Below are positions 16,493-26,583 of a stretch of 55,268 nucleotides of DNA, piece by piece. Position 1 is the stretch's first letter. Each line of letters opens with the position of its first letter. The notes below the pieces were generated by a model that did no database searches, was not told where the DNA came from, and saw nothing but the letters and a program-made list of their open reading frames with translations. The translations under genes and the position numbers were made by a program. The stretch comes from a virus (taxonomy: Duplodnaviria; Caudoviricetes): the IMG/VR virus record IMGVR_UViG_3300025137_000047, positions 1-55,268 of that record; one strand, 5' to 3'.

Positions 16493-18825
16493 TGACTAAA
16501 GTAAAACTTTTTCAACAGAAACCGAAAATAGAAAAATTTAAACCTAGTCCAAGACTTAGGGCAGTAGATAACACTGATCTGGATCGTAAGGGGGAGCTTG
16601 AAAAGTTTAGAAGATGGTTAGAAGGTACTGCTAAACAGAAATCTGGTCTTCCCAAAAAGAAAGAACTTGATAAATTAAATAACGAGGTATCAAAGGGAAG
16701 AGTTAATAAGTTTGGATTGCTTGGTATACTAGGCGCACTTCCTCTTGTTGGTCCTCTTCTAGGTATTGGCGGTGGTGCTCTCGCTAGTGTTGCTACCGGC
16801 GCTATTGCTGCCATCAGTGGTGGTCTTGTAACTGCTGGTGGTCTTGCTGTTGGTGGTGGTCTTAAATTATTTGGTCTTGGTGCGGTTGCTGCTGGCGGTG
16901 GTGCAAAACTATTTGGTAAAAAAATATTTGGTGGAGGTGCAAAACCTGGAGTAACACCCCAGACACCGAAAGTATCACCAAGACCAGCATCATCACCTCC
17001 CAGGTCAAACGCAGCAGGTAATCAAGTATCCCCTGGACAAACTGCTAGAACCAATAGTAATAGGGCAACTAAACCAGGGCAGACACCTAAGGGTGTTACA
17101 CAACCCAAGAGACCTAGTGCCCGTGCAAGACTCGGATCACAGATGGAGACGGGAACTGCATTTGGTGGGAAGGGAAGTCAAGCGCAGAAGAAACTCTTCA
17201 AACTTCAGAGTAAACTCAAGAAGATGTTCTCTGGTAAGAACCCAATGCAAGGGTTTCTGTCAAAAATATTTGGAACCAAGGCAGGTCGTAAAGGAATAGG
17301 AATGTTCCTCAAGAAATTTGTCTTAAGGATTCCATTCATTGGTGCTCTGATTGATTTTGCTCTGAACGTTTTTGTATTCAAAGAAAACCCAAAGAGAGCA
17401 TTATTCAAAGCAATCGGTGCTGGTCTCGGAGCGTGGATAGGTGGTGGTGTTGGTGCTTTCTTGGGTGGTGGATTTGCAAGTTGGATAACTGCTCCAATTG
17501 GTGCGTTCCTTGGGGGAGCAGGTGGTGATGCATTTGGTTCTTGGGTGTATGATTCAATCTTTGGTAATCCTAGCGCCTCAGCATCTGCTCCCGATCCAAA
17601 AGGTGAAGGAAATATTCTGGATGAATTACTTGGTGGGGATGCAGCAGCAGGTGAACTACCTGCACCCGGTGAACCTCCCGCTCAACCATTAAGTGGTCGA
17701 GTTTCTACGACTGGTTCTGGAAATGGTCCACTCGTAGATGTGATATCCCAGAAAGCAATGACAGAGACTTATGGTGTTCCTACTGGTCCAGTTAGAACCA
17801 GAGGTAGGAGTGGTGGTCATGGCGGTGTAGACATAGGCACTGGTAGTCAAACTGGATATTATGTTGCATACAGAAGAAGTGGAACGGTCAGTCTAGTGCG
17901 GTCTCTTTCTGGGTATGGTAATACCGTTATTATTAAAATTGGTAATCTAGATTTCCTCTTTGCCCATCTAGCAAGAAAATCAGATTTGAAACCAGGACAA
18001 CCATATAATGGAGAGATTATTGGTGAGATTGGAAACACTGGTAGAACTTTTGGTGGCGGCGGTCAACACTTACACTTTGAGGTGAGACCTGCTGGAGGTG
18101 GAGGTGGGTCTGATATTAATCCAGAACCATATGTTTCTTCTCTGGTTATAGGTAGACTCGATCCAAATTCAGAACAATCTCGTGTTGGTGGAGTGGAATC
18201 GGGTGCAGAAAAACTAAATGCTGCTGGCCAGATTGAAGAAGAGAAACCCAAGTCTTTTATTGAGAAACTGACTGACATGCTACCAGAATCTGCAAAGTCG
18301 GCAATGAGTGGTGTGATTGAGTCATTTAAAATCTTTGGATATATGGCAGACAAAGAACTGATGGATAGTTTAGTTGTTAATCCAGATGGAAGTGTGAGCA
18401 AGGTATCACCTGAAGAGCAGAAGGCACGTCATGAGAAGACTCTTGAGGAATCTTTACGGGGATTCCGGGGAATCGAAATGGAAAACAGTGAGGATAGTTT
18501 AGTTGTTAATGAAGACAATACTGTGAGTAGAAATAAACCTGCTGGCGGTCTTGATACCTTTACACAAGGTATCTCCATGGACAGTATAGTTTTTCCTAAG
18601 AAAGATTTCACAGTTGAAATGCTTTCACCGGAGGCAGAGGCACTACTAAATAATTCAATTATTATGATGCAGGGGCAACCTTCTATCCAGATGATGAGCG
18701 GTGGTGGAGGAACTGATCCGATAGCAATTGCTCCAATGCCACCACAACAACCGGTTATAGTTCTTGGTGGTCATCAAGATACCTTGGCTGCAGTTAAACT
18801 GCTACAAGCACACGCATTATCATAA
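16492..18825 (+). CDS. Tape-measure-like protein with M23 peptidase domain
   Basis: Gly-rich hydrophobic segments; HGGVD, YGNTVII, FAHL, GNTG, HLHFEVR. Confidence 0.8.
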   Translation: MTKVKLFQQKPKIEKFKPSPRLRAVDNTDLDRKGELEKFRRWLEGTAKQKSGLPKKKELDKLNNEVSKGRVNKFGLLGILGALPLVGPLLGIGGGALASVATGAIAAISGGLVTAGGLAVGGGLKLFGLGAVAAGGGAKLFGKKIFGGGAKPGVTPQTPKVSPRPASSPPRSNAAGNQVSPGQTARTNSNRATKPGQTPKGVTQPKRPSARARLGSQMETGTAFGGKGSQAQKKLFKLQSKLKKMFSGKNPMQGFLSKIFGTKAGRKGIGMFLKKFVLRIPFIGALIDFALNVFVFKENPKRALFKAIGAGLGAWIGGGVGAFLGGGFASWITAPIGAFLGGAGGDAFGSWVYDSIFGNPSASASAPDPKGEGNILDELLGGDAAAGELPAPGEPPAQPLSGRVSTTGSGNGPLVDVISQKAMTETYGVPTGPVRTRGRSGGHGGVDIGTGSQTGYYVAYRRSGTVSLVRSLSGYGNTVIIKIGNLDFLFAHLARKSDLKPGQPYNGEIIGEIGNTGRTFGGGGQHLHFEVRPAGGGGGSDINPEPYVSSLVIGRLDPNSEQSRVGGVESGAEKLNAAGQIEEEKPKSFIEKLTDMLPESAKSAMSGVIESFKIFGYMADKELMDSLVVNPDGSVSKVSPEEQKARHEKTLEESLRGFRGIEMENSEDSLVVNEDNTVSRNKPAGGLDTFTQGISMDSIVFPKKDFTVEMLSPEAEALLNNSIIMMQGQPSIQMMSGGGGTDPIAIAPMPPQQPVIVLGGHQDTLAAVKLLQAHALS

Positions 18826-18829
18826 TTAA

Positions 18830-20125
18830 ATGTCAGAATTAATACAAACATATAGACCTAGGCAATTTACCATTGAATCTTTGGAAGGTAAAAAAATTGA
18901 TATTACAAATTCAATTCTATCGATAGATTACTTTGAGGATTTGTTAAGTCCAGCAATTCACATGAGTGTTTATTGTATTAACAAGTATAGTATTGTGAGT
19001 GGTCTCCCTATACGTGGTGGAGAAAAAGTAGAAGTATCTATTGAAACTGGGTCTGGCGACTTTGAATTCCTTGGTGAACAGGATTCTCTTCGTATCTATA
19101 AGGTCTCTGGACAAGAGGGAACCAAGATGGCAGAGCGATTTACTCTGCATATCACGACACAAGAGTATCTGAATAATGAAATCAGCAGATGTTTTAGAAA
19201 ATATACTGGAAAGATAAGCGAATCTGTAAAAGATGTTCTTAGAAACGACTTAAATACTACAAAATTTTTAGATGATAACATAGAAGAATCTGCAAATGCT
19301 TATAAATGGATAGGTTCTATGAGGAAACCATTTAAAGTGTTAGAATGGTTGTGCCCAAAATCATTATCAACTAGAGGAGGAGAATCGGACCCAGATCCTA
19401 ATGCATCTAAGGAAGAAAAGGCACGAGGGACAATGGGATTCTTTTTCTATGAGAATAAAGATGGATTTAATTTTAAGAGTATGGATAAATTGACTGAACT
19501 GATTGGGAGTGCAACGGAAGAGAATATATTCAAGTATAACTACACAGGTAAGGTCATTAAATCTGCTCAACTGAATAATAGAACAAAGATTATAGACTAT
19601 GCGTTTGATAGGAACATTGATCTAAGATCATCATTAAGATTTGGAATGTTTAAGAATTTTACTTTTCTGGTCAATACTGGTGATAACCAAATCACGGTTT
19701 ATAATTATGATATTAAAGAGGAGATTGGAACCAAGAAATTAGGTAAGCAGGATGGATTGCCAATTCCCCCTGACCTATCAGAGTATCCTAGCAGAATCAT
19801 TGTCAGAGCAACAGATAATGGTATAATGTCTAATGGAGGAGGAAATGAAAATTCTGGAAGAATACCAGCAGACAGGGCAAAGTCTGCTGCCAGGTATAAT
19901 TTACTGTTCACACAGTCACTAAATATTCTTATACCATGTAATGTGAACTTGAAAGTCGGGGATATTATACATTGTGAATTCTCAGAAATGGATTCTGGTA
20001 GATCTAAAGAACCAGACAAAGAAATCAGTGGACGTTATCTAATCAAAGAATTGAGGCAGCACTTCTCTTCAAGTCAAAACACAACAAGTCTCAAATTGAT
20101 AAGAGATTCATACGGACTAAACTAA
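18830..20125 (+). CDS. Baseplate hub protein (gp27-like)
   Basis: IDYFEDLLSP, LPIRGGE, FFFYENKDGFNFKS, SGRYLIKELRQHF; precedes gp5. Confidence 0.7.
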   Translation: MSELIQTYRPRQFTIESLEGKKIDITNSILSIDYFEDLLSPAIHMSVYCINKYSIVSGLPIRGGEKVEVSIETGSGDFEFLGEQDSLRIYKVSGQEGTKMAERFTLHITTQEYLNNEISRCFRKYTGKISESVKDVLRNDLNTTKFLDDNIEESANAYKWIGSMRKPFKVLEWLCPKSLSTRGGESDPDPNASKEEKARGTMGFFFYENKDGFNFKSMDKLTELIGSATEENIFKYNYTGKVIKSAQLNNRTKIIDYAFDRNIDLRSSLRFGMFKNFTFLVNTGDNQITVYNYDIKEEIGTKKLGKQDGLPIPPDLSEYPSRIIVRATDNGIMSNGGGNENSGRIPADRAKSAARYNLLFTQSLNILIPCNVNLKVGDIIHCEFSEMDSGRSKEPDKEISGRYLIKELRQHFSSSQNTTSLKLIRDSYGLN

Positions 20126-20139
20126 ACGGAGTAAATTAA

Positions 20140-20367
20140 ATGGAAAGCATCGAAAAACATATTAAAGTTGATAAATCAATTTTAGATAACTCAACTATAT
20201 CACCACAACAACGTCGTCACATTGAGGGTGAGTTGCATGAATTGGAAGAGTATGTAGAACATCATAAGTCAGAGATTGAAGCAGGTGATCATCACGATCC
20301 TACGCCGCTGGAATTGTATTGTGATGCTAACCCATCAGAACCAGAATGTTTGGTATATGAAGACTAA
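20140..20367 (+). CDS. cp12: CP12 Calvin cycle inhibitor
   Basis: C-terminal PTPLELYCDANPSEPECLVYED; GGAG SD. Confidence 0.95.
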   Translation: MESIEKHIKVDKSILDNSTISPQQRRHIEGELHELEEYVEHHKSEIEAGDHHDPTPLELYCDANPSEPECLVYED

Positions 20368-22862
20368 TGTTTGATCAGACCCTAATAAAAACTGACTTTG
20401 TTGGTAAAGATGGTTTCATCTGGTGGTTCGGTAGGATTGCTAATAAAGAGGTGTGGAAAGAAGACAATCTTGTAATGGCTGCATCTGGTAATTTTGCAAA
20501 CAGATGTAAGGTTAGAATCGTTGGATATCATCCATTTAATAATTCATTACCAGAAGAAGATTTGCCTTGGGCAACGGTGATGATGGATCCCATGACCGGT
20601 GACGGTCAAGGTGGTATGGGAGATACCATTGCTTTGGTTGGTGGTGAAACCTGTATTGGATTTTTTCTTGACGGAGAAGAGGCACAGCAACCAGTCATTA
20701 TGGGTCTCATTGGTAGACAGGGAAACACTGTTAACAGTATTAGTGAACCAGAGATAGCAAGAAATAAAAGTAATGAATTTAGGAATAGTACTGGGTATAA
20801 CGAAGATAAATCTACAAAGAAATTAAAATTAAAAACAAACAAAGTAGGAACCCAAAATTCTCCCGAAGTACAGAAAGGTTTAGTATTTGATCCAAATTCC
20901 CCTAGTTTTACACGTAACAATGCAGCAGAATTTACTACTTCTTCTGGTGATCCTGGTGTAGGGAAAATGGAGGGTGTCGTCTTTGGACGTGGCACGCGAG
21001 GTAGTGCATCTGCTGATCAACTTGAAAAGAATGCAACTCCTGTTCGGGTGAATCCAAGTAACTGTAAGAATGATGCGATAGGACAGATCACTCAAGTACT
21101 TACAGACTTCATCACACTTACAAATAGTTTAGAAAGTGCAATGGGTAAGTTCGTTGATCCTATTGCTAATAAGATCATCGATATGGATGCTGAACTCAGA
21201 AGAATTGTGAGGCAGGTTAAGGGACTTATTAAAGGTGTAATTAATAATATTAGAGATGGAATTATTGGAAAGTTAAATTTTATCTTCTCAAAATTCTTAG
21301 GTATTTTGAATATTGTGAATCCACTTGAGTTTCTTTCAGACGAGGCAGCTAGATTAGCATACCAAAAGATTCTTGATACTATTTTCTGCATCTTTGAAAA
21401 ACTTCTTGGTGACTTGGGTGACTTCTTAAAAAATATGTTCTCCCAGTTGATTGAGAATGTAGTCAATGGACCAGTTTGTGCTGCCGAGCAATTTGTTTCT
21501 GGTATGTTTGCCAAGGTATTTGAACAACTTGAAAATTTTATGGAACCAATCTTATCAGGACTCGATTGGTTGGTTGGTGGTATTGGAACAGTTTCAGAAT
21601 TCCTTGGAAAGGCATCCAACCTTGCGTCTCAAATCCTGAGTTTCATTGGTTGTGATGGTAGAAAGTGTACTACTCCATCCAAGTGGGCGTCAACATTGAG
21701 TGGTTCTATTGAAGCATCAGCAGATAATTGGGATAGACAAGTTAATAATATCAATATACTTAAGGGTGTGTCATCCGACCTCACGAGAATATCAGATGAA
21801 GCAGAAACTGATATTGGTAACTTTTTTGGATCTGATCAATTTGAAGAAACGGATTATAATGGAATGTCAATTGGATCTGTATTGAGTGCAACTGATAAAT
21901 TGACTGGGGGGAATTCAGCAGGAGCACTCAACAAAGGACTAGGTTCAATTGAAAGTGCAATCTCTACCATATCATTGTTTGGGGACAGTAGTATCTTTAA
22001 TTCTTGTACTGAAACGGTTAATAATCCAACAAAACAAAGAGATCTTATCGGTATGCCACTTGGATTTGTATTTGATAAGTGTATCACACCAGAGATTGAG
22101 ATAACTGGTGCAGGTAGTGGTGCGAGTGCAACGCCTATTGTTAATGAGTTTGGAAGAATCATTGCTACAGAGATTAAAAGTAGAGGATCTGGATACAATT
22201 CAAATACCTCGGCATCTATAATTGATAACACTAACAATGGACACAATGCAGAACTCAAGGTTCTGGTCAAGGGTGGAAGGATTAGTCAGATTGTAGTTAT
22301 AAAATCTGGTTTTGGATACTGTTCCAACGTATTACCAATCGTACCCAACCCTGTTGGAATTATTACTGCAATCTATGTTGATAAACCAGGTATTGGATAC
22401 ACGATAGGTGATAGTATAATAATTCCACTGCCAAGAGTTATAGATGACCCTCTTATTCCAGGTGTTCCTGATTCACCACTGATACCTCTACCCACAGTAA
22501 CACTTGATCCTACAGGTCCCGGAACACCCGGAACACCCGGAACTCCTACAGGTCCCGGAACACCTGGAACTCCTACAGGTCCCGGAACACCTGGAACACC
22601 TGGTGTAATACCTGATGGTCCAAATCCAGGATATGTTATTGTACCTGTACCTACACCCGGAAATGGTTCTATCGTTGATGTTAAAATACCAGTTAATATG
22701 GATGCAGAATATAATTTCATTCCAAAAATTGTAATAAATAGTAGAAATGGAGTAGGGGCAAATCTAATTCCAATTTTAACTTATAAGCAGTTGGATAATT
22801 TAGATACAACTTCTAATAGATCCGGTCTTGTAGGAATCACTAGTGTTATTGATTGTATATGA
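20367..22862 (+). CDS. gp5: Baseplate hub/central spike gp5 (N-terminal OB-fold)
   Basis: GKDGFIWWFG, RCKVRIVGYH, DLPWA, GFFLDGEEAQQPVIMG, C-terminal VIDC. Confidence 0.88.
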   Translation: MFDQTLIKTDFVGKDGFIWWFGRIANKEVWKEDNLVMAASGNFANRCKVRIVGYHPFNNSLPEEDLPWATVMMDPMTGDGQGGMGDTIALVGGETCIGFFLDGEEAQQPVIMGLIGRQGNTVNSISEPEIARNKSNEFRNSTGYNEDKSTKKLKLKTNKVGTQNSPEVQKGLVFDPNSPSFTRNNAAEFTTSSGDPGVGKMEGVVFGRGTRGSASADQLEKNATPVRVNPSNCKNDAIGQITQVLTDFITLTNSLESAMGKFVDPIANKIIDMDAELRRIVRQVKGLIKGVINNIRDGIIGKLNFIFSKFLGILNIVNPLEFLSDEAARLAYQKILDTIFCIFEKLLGDLGDFLKNMFSQLIENVVNGPVCAAEQFVSGMFAKVFEQLENFMEPILSGLDWLVGGIGTVSEFLGKASNLASQILSFIGCDGRKCTTPSKWASTLSGSIEASADNWDRQVNNINILKGVSSDLTRISDEAETDIGNFFGSDQFEETDYNGMSIGSVLSATDKLTGGNSAGALNKGLGSIESAISTISLFGDSSIFNSCTETVNNPTKQRDLIGMPLGFVFDKCITPEIEITGAGSGASATPIVNEFGRIIATEIKSRGSGYNSNTSASIIDNTNNGHNAELKVLVKGGRISQIVVIKSGFGYCSNVLPIVPNPVGIITAIYVDKPGIGYTIGDSIIIPLPRVIDDPLIPGVPDSPLIPLPTVTLDPTGPGTPGTPGTPTGPGTPGTPTGPGTPGTPGVIPDGPNPGYVIVPVPTPGNGSIVDVKIPVNMDAEYNFIPKIVINSRNGVGANLIPILTYKQLDNLDTTSNRSGLVGITSVIDCI
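22508..22603 (+). repeat. 9-nt tandem repeats encoding PTG/PGT
   Basis: Mixed cctacaggt and cc(c/t)ggaac(a/t) units. Confidence 0.9.
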
Positions 22863-23476
22863 ACTTAACAGAAGAAGAGTTTAAAAAATTAAAGAAAGAA
22901 ATAATAGATGATCTTGAGGAGGATTACTTTGTGATGCGCCGCCCTGGATTTAACATTGAATCAAATTATGTTACTCAAGCACATGGAGTTGCTGAGTTGA
23001 GTATTACTACTGATGAGAATCAAGGTGTTCAGTTTTATAAGAAAGGAAACGCCAAGATATTAGCAAATAAATCTATTGAGATGGTTGCCGGGAAGGATCA
23101 AGAATCCGAGAAGTCATTTACAATTGTCCTTGACGCAAAGACTGGAAACATACTCCTCTCAGCAAAGGATGGTGATCTCATTTTAGAAGGTGGTAATGTA
23201 AAAATCATAGCAACAGATGAAGATGGTGATGTCTATATTAATTCTCAAAAGACTTTGACTATGAATGCCCCAGAGATTAATGCTAAAGGAACTAAAGTTT
23301 CTATGACTGCCACATCAGATATGCACGTCGATGGTGGGACAGTTGAACTCTATTCCCAGACGGGTTCTACTATGTTCTCTAGTGGTCAAGATGAGTTCCA
23401 GACTCCAACTAGTATTGGAACTCTTATTAATTTCGTTGCTAATGCTAAAAAACGTCTCGGGTCTATTATTACATAA
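22859..23476 (+). CDS. gp5 C-terminal-like beta-helix protein
   Basis: Repeating beta strands (GNILLSAKDGDLILEGGNVKIIA); ATGA overlap with gp5. Confidence 0.6.
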   Translation: MNLTEEEFKKLKKEIIDDLEEDYFVMRRPGFNIESNYVTQAHGVAELSITTDENQGVQFYKKGNAKILANKSIEMVAGKDQESEKSFTIVLDAKTGNILLSAKDGDLILEGGNVKIIATDEDGDVYINSQKTLTMNAPEINAKGTKVSMTATSDMHVDGGTVELYSQTGSTMFSSGQDEFQTPTSIGTLINFVANAKKRLGSIIT

Positions 23477-23482
23477 TCTATC

Positions 23483-24436
23483 ATGTTGAAAGCTCCCAAG
23501 GTTGCGGCCGCAAAAGTTCAGATTGGTGCTTTTGATGCATCCAAACTCACAATATCACAGTTCGCTGCTAATGGTGTCCTCACTAATCCAGGTATTAGTA
23601 TTTTTGGAGAGTCACTACAGTTCGGTGTGGTGAGGGCAGGTGTAACTATTGGAATACCTCAAGCAATACCCGGAGTGACCTTACCATTCTCTTTAGAAGT
23701 CAGTGGTATTGCTCAATACTTTGGTGTTCTAAATATTTTTGGCGTCGTCAATCAGTTTGGATTGAAGACGGCGTTTGGTGGTAACATAAAGAATGGATTC
23801 TCTTTTAAAAATTCTGTTGACGCAAAGAATGCTATCAACATTGGTAATGGACCTATTATTTTTAATGGATTATTATCCGCAAATGGTGGAATCAAAACCC
23901 CTATAATTATTGCAGAAATTGTAAAGGGAACTGTATCAGTCAGCGCGCCGATTGGTAATTTTCCAATCATGAATGGTATAGCATCCGGTAATAAAGTTCT
24001 ACCATTTGATATTCCCCACTGGAAACAGAAAGGAAAAAGAATCAGACATATATGTGTAGAAGGTCCCGAAGCAGGAATTTATATCAGAGGTAGACTTAAG
24101 GATAGTAATGTGATTCAATTACCTGAATACTGGGATGGTCTGGTTGACTACGATAGTATCACTGTTCAACTACAACCTATCGGTGAAAGACATTACCATC
24201 TAAATGTAATGGAAATCGATAATGAAAAGATAGTTGTAAAGGAAGCAGACGATAAACCATTTGAATGCTTCTACCACATATGGGTAGCACGATGGATTGA
24301 TCCTAGAAACCATGATGAAAAACTTCATATTGTTTATGATGGAGAAAGTCCTGCTGAGTATCCAGGTAAATCAGAAAACTTCTTAGTTGGTGGATGGGAT
24401 TATGATCGTAGAGACACGCAATGGAGTAACGAATAA
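23483..24436 (+). CDS. Virion structural protein with C-terminal fibre chaperone-like domain
   Basis: FDIPHW..IRHICVEGPEAGIYIRGRL..LPEYWDGLVD..ITVQLQPIG. Confidence 0.65.
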   Translation: MLKAPKVAAAKVQIGAFDASKLTISQFAANGVLTNPGISIFGESLQFGVVRAGVTIGIPQAIPGVTLPFSLEVSGIAQYFGVLNIFGVVNQFGLKTAFGGNIKNGFSFKNSVDAKNAINIGNGPIIFNGLLSANGGIKTPIIIAEIVKGTVSVSAPIGNFPIMNGIASGNKVLPFDIPHWKQKGKRIRHICVEGPEAGIYIRGRLKDSNVIQLPEYWDGLVDYDSITVQLQPIGERHYHLNVMEIDNEKIVVKEADDKPFECFYHIWVARWIDPRNHDEKLHIVYDGESPAEYPGKSENFLVGGWDYDRRDTQWSNE

Positions 24437-25992
24437 TGGCTAACAGAAAAGCAGATATAATTAGAGATTTAGCAAGTCAACTTAAGCAGAGTGAGGATAC
24501 CAGAGAAGGTATTTTGAGAATGCTTGCATTGAAGGACGCTAAGATTGATCAAATTGATGAATTGATTGTCAATATTGATAAGAAGGTTCCAGATCTTATT
24601 GCTAATATTAATGCTAACGTTACTCCAATTCAGACAGCATATGATTCAAGGATTAGTAGTGGATGTAAGAGTGATTTGACCTGGGAAATCACTGAATCTG
24701 GAACTGATTTTGATGATGATGACTACACAGTATACACTGTAGTAAAAAATAACACGAGGCAGCAAACAAATTTCTATGGTCAGAAGTATTATAGAAAACC
24801 ATTGAACAGAGACTTTGGTGCAAATGTAATCACTGAAGTGAAAGGTAATGTAGATATTGGTACTGGAACTGGTATATCTACAATTGCTGTGACTAGTGCT
24901 AATGGAATTACAGGTATTGAAGTAGGAGATATTGTTACTGATAATCTAGATAGTCCAACGATTTTTAGTGTGGGTAGTCTACCGAGAATAACTGGTTTTG
25001 GAACTACATCTGTTCTTGGTATCACCACAACAGTCCAAGGCAATATTGGTGTTGGTTCAGATTTCTTTGTTGCTGTCGGTGCTGGATCAACACTTTCTGT
25101 TACAGTAGGTTCTGCAGTTTCAATGTTTAATGTCCTTCCTGAGGGTACGAGTGTGATTGCAATAGGAACAGCAATTGCTACTCTTCCATTCTATGATGAT
25201 ACTTTAGGAACTTACACAAATGCAGAGATCACCCGACCAGCATTTCAATTAAGTAACACTGCAACAACTTCTGCTACTCTTAGTATTATTCATGTTGGGG
25301 CAAACACCAATAAACCAACATTGATACTGGATAGACAAGCACAGAAAGAACTTGATGACCAATCATTCGTAATCATCAGAGATACAAAAGATATTGATAG
25401 TGATTTTGATTTTGCTAAGAGTCCCATTGACCCTGTTACGATTGGAATCGTAGGAAATCAGTTAGGAATAGGACATATATCAGAGATTGTTAATAATGGT
25501 GCTCCTCCTGGTCCTGAACAGTGGAGAGAAGTATTAGAGGAGGACGAACCTGCTATTGGTGCTGGACATGTTTTTTATTATACAGGCAATACTATTTGGC
25601 CCACTATTACTGATGATCAAGGTACAGCAACCTATGCTACATTGGGAACAACTCTAGTCTCTACTAGTAGTACTCTTACTGGTTCTGACTCAACATCTAC
25701 AGTTACTTCTATTTCACCAACAGGATTAGTCGATGGTGTTGGTGCATGTAATACTTTAGATCAGAATATTACTAACTCTGAAGCAGCACTTGTATCAGCA
25801 GTTAATGCTAACCTTGCAGAAGTCAATCGTCTTAATGATCTTTCTCAAGCACTTAGATTGTATAGAGATGAGGAAGAACTGCAAGCATATGGTATGTTGC
25901 AGGGTGCAGCGTATGAAAGAAGCAGAGAAAACAAATCAAAATCTAGATCTGGAACCTTTGACGGTCAAGACCTTACTGCTTTTGATACATAG
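24436..25992 (+). CDS. Putative virion structural protein
   Basis: Terminal coiled coils flanking a Thr/Gly-rich beta region. Confidence 0.65.
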   Translation: MANRKADIIRDLASQLKQSEDTREGILRMLALKDAKIDQIDELIVNIDKKVPDLIANINANVTPIQTAYDSRISSGCKSDLTWEITESGTDFDDDDYTVYTVVKNNTRQQTNFYGQKYYRKPLNRDFGANVITEVKGNVDIGTGTGISTIAVTSANGITGIEVGDIVTDNLDSPTIFSVGSLPRITGFGTTSVLGITTTVQGNIGVGSDFFVAVGAGSTLSVTVGSAVSMFNVLPEGTSVIAIGTAIATLPFYDDTLGTYTNAEITRPAFQLSNTATTSATLSIIHVGANTNKPTLILDRQAQKELDDQSFVIIRDTKDIDSDFDFAKSPIDPVTIGIVGNQLGIGHISEIVNNGAPPGPEQWREVLEEDEPAIGAGHVFYYTGNTIWPTITDDQGTATYATLGTTLVSTSSTLTGSDSTSTVTSISPTGLVDGVGACNTLDQNITNSEAALVSAVNANLAEVNRLNDLSQALRLYRDEEELQAYGMLQGAAYERSRENKSKSRSGTFDGQDLTAFDT

Positions 25993-25994
25993 GG

Positions 25995-26023
25995 TTGACG
26001 ACCTACCCCAAATCTGCTATAAT
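25995..26023 (+). promoter_or_regulatory. sigma70-type promoter with extended -10
   Basis: TTGACG(25995-26000)-17 nt-TATAAT(26018-26023), TG at 26015-26016. Confidence 0.85.
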
Positions 26024-26046
26024 ATACAGGTAACCAACAAGGGATC

Positions 26047-26217
26047 ATGGAAATCCAAAGAGAAGACCTCCTCTCACTCCGCCACCTTCAGGAAGACATT
26101 GCAGAACACTACTGTGATGATACTCGTGTTAGTGGAGAACTTTATTGGGAATGCGTCGAGACTCTTGCAACCATCAAACTTATGGAGTTGCGTGGGGAAG
26201 TAGTTTTTACCGACTAA
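26047..26217 (+). CDS. 56-aa hypothetical protein (MEIQREDLLSLRHLQEDIAEHYCDD...)
   Basis: Translated by hand; AAGGGA SD; first gene after the promoter. Confidence 0.75.
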   Translation: MEIQREDLLSLRHLQEDIAEHYCDDTRVSGELYWECVETLATIKLMELRGEVVFTD

Positions 26218-26381
26218 TGAAAGACTATACCTCTTTGTATTCAGAAATTCTAAAGTGCTACGACTATGAGACCAGAAACCCGTCAATCTATGGAAATGTT
26301 GTTCGCGGCGAAATGGAACTTACCCAAGGCAGCAAAGAATTGCAACCTAACAGAAAAGGAAATGAAGATTACATTCAATGA
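26217..26381 (+). CDS. Possible 54-aa ORF overlapping the next gene
   Basis: TAATG-coupled start; overlaps 26266-26442 in another frame. Confidence 0.4.
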   Translation: MKDYTSLYSEILKCYDYETRNPSIYGNVVRGEMELTQGSKELQPNRKGNEDYIQ

Positions 26382-26442
26382 GTATTGTGTTTTTCATCCT
26401 CCCACTCACGATGTGTATGGTCAATTGAAAAGTGATCTTTGA
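26266..26442 (+). CDS. 58-aa hypothetical protein (MRPETRQSMEMLFAAKWNLPKAAKNCNLT...)
   Basis: Translated by hand; HTH-like pattern; resembles a recurring cyanophage small protein (from memory). Confidence 0.7.
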   Translation: MRPETRQSMEMLFAAKWNLPKAAKNCNLTEKEMKITFNEYCVFHPPTHDVYGQLKSDL

Positions 26443-26443
26443 A

Positions 26444-26500
26444 TCATAAAAAGGTCCAAAAAAAATTCTGGTAAAAAATTCATCCCAGACCTTTTTGTGA
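26444..26500 (+). repeat. Structured intergenic element, copy 1
   Basis: AAAAAGGTC..A-tract..TCTGG..TAAAAA..CCAGACCTTTTT; similar to 46820-46884. Confidence 0.7.
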
Positions 26501-26581
26501 GTGTGGCGGAATTGGTAGACGCACCAGACTTAAAATCTGTTGAGCATTATGCTCGTGGGGGTTCAAGTCCCCCCACTCGCA
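26497..26581 (+). tRNA. trnL: tRNA-Leu (UAA), intronless, CCA not encoded
   Basis: Acceptor GTGAGTG/CACTCGC, D arm GGCGGAATTGGTAGACGC, anticodon TAA 26531-26533, long variable arm GAGCA/TGCTC, T loop TTCAAGT. Confidence 0.96.
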
Positions 26582-26583
26582 TC

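Noticed and set aside
22508-22603. Collagen triple-helix domain
   Set aside because: The Gly-X-Y register is broken by PTG units and the tract is short; better described as a low-complexity linker
26497-26581. Group I intron in tRNA-Leu(UAA)
   Set aside because: The anticodon loop is continuous; no insertion
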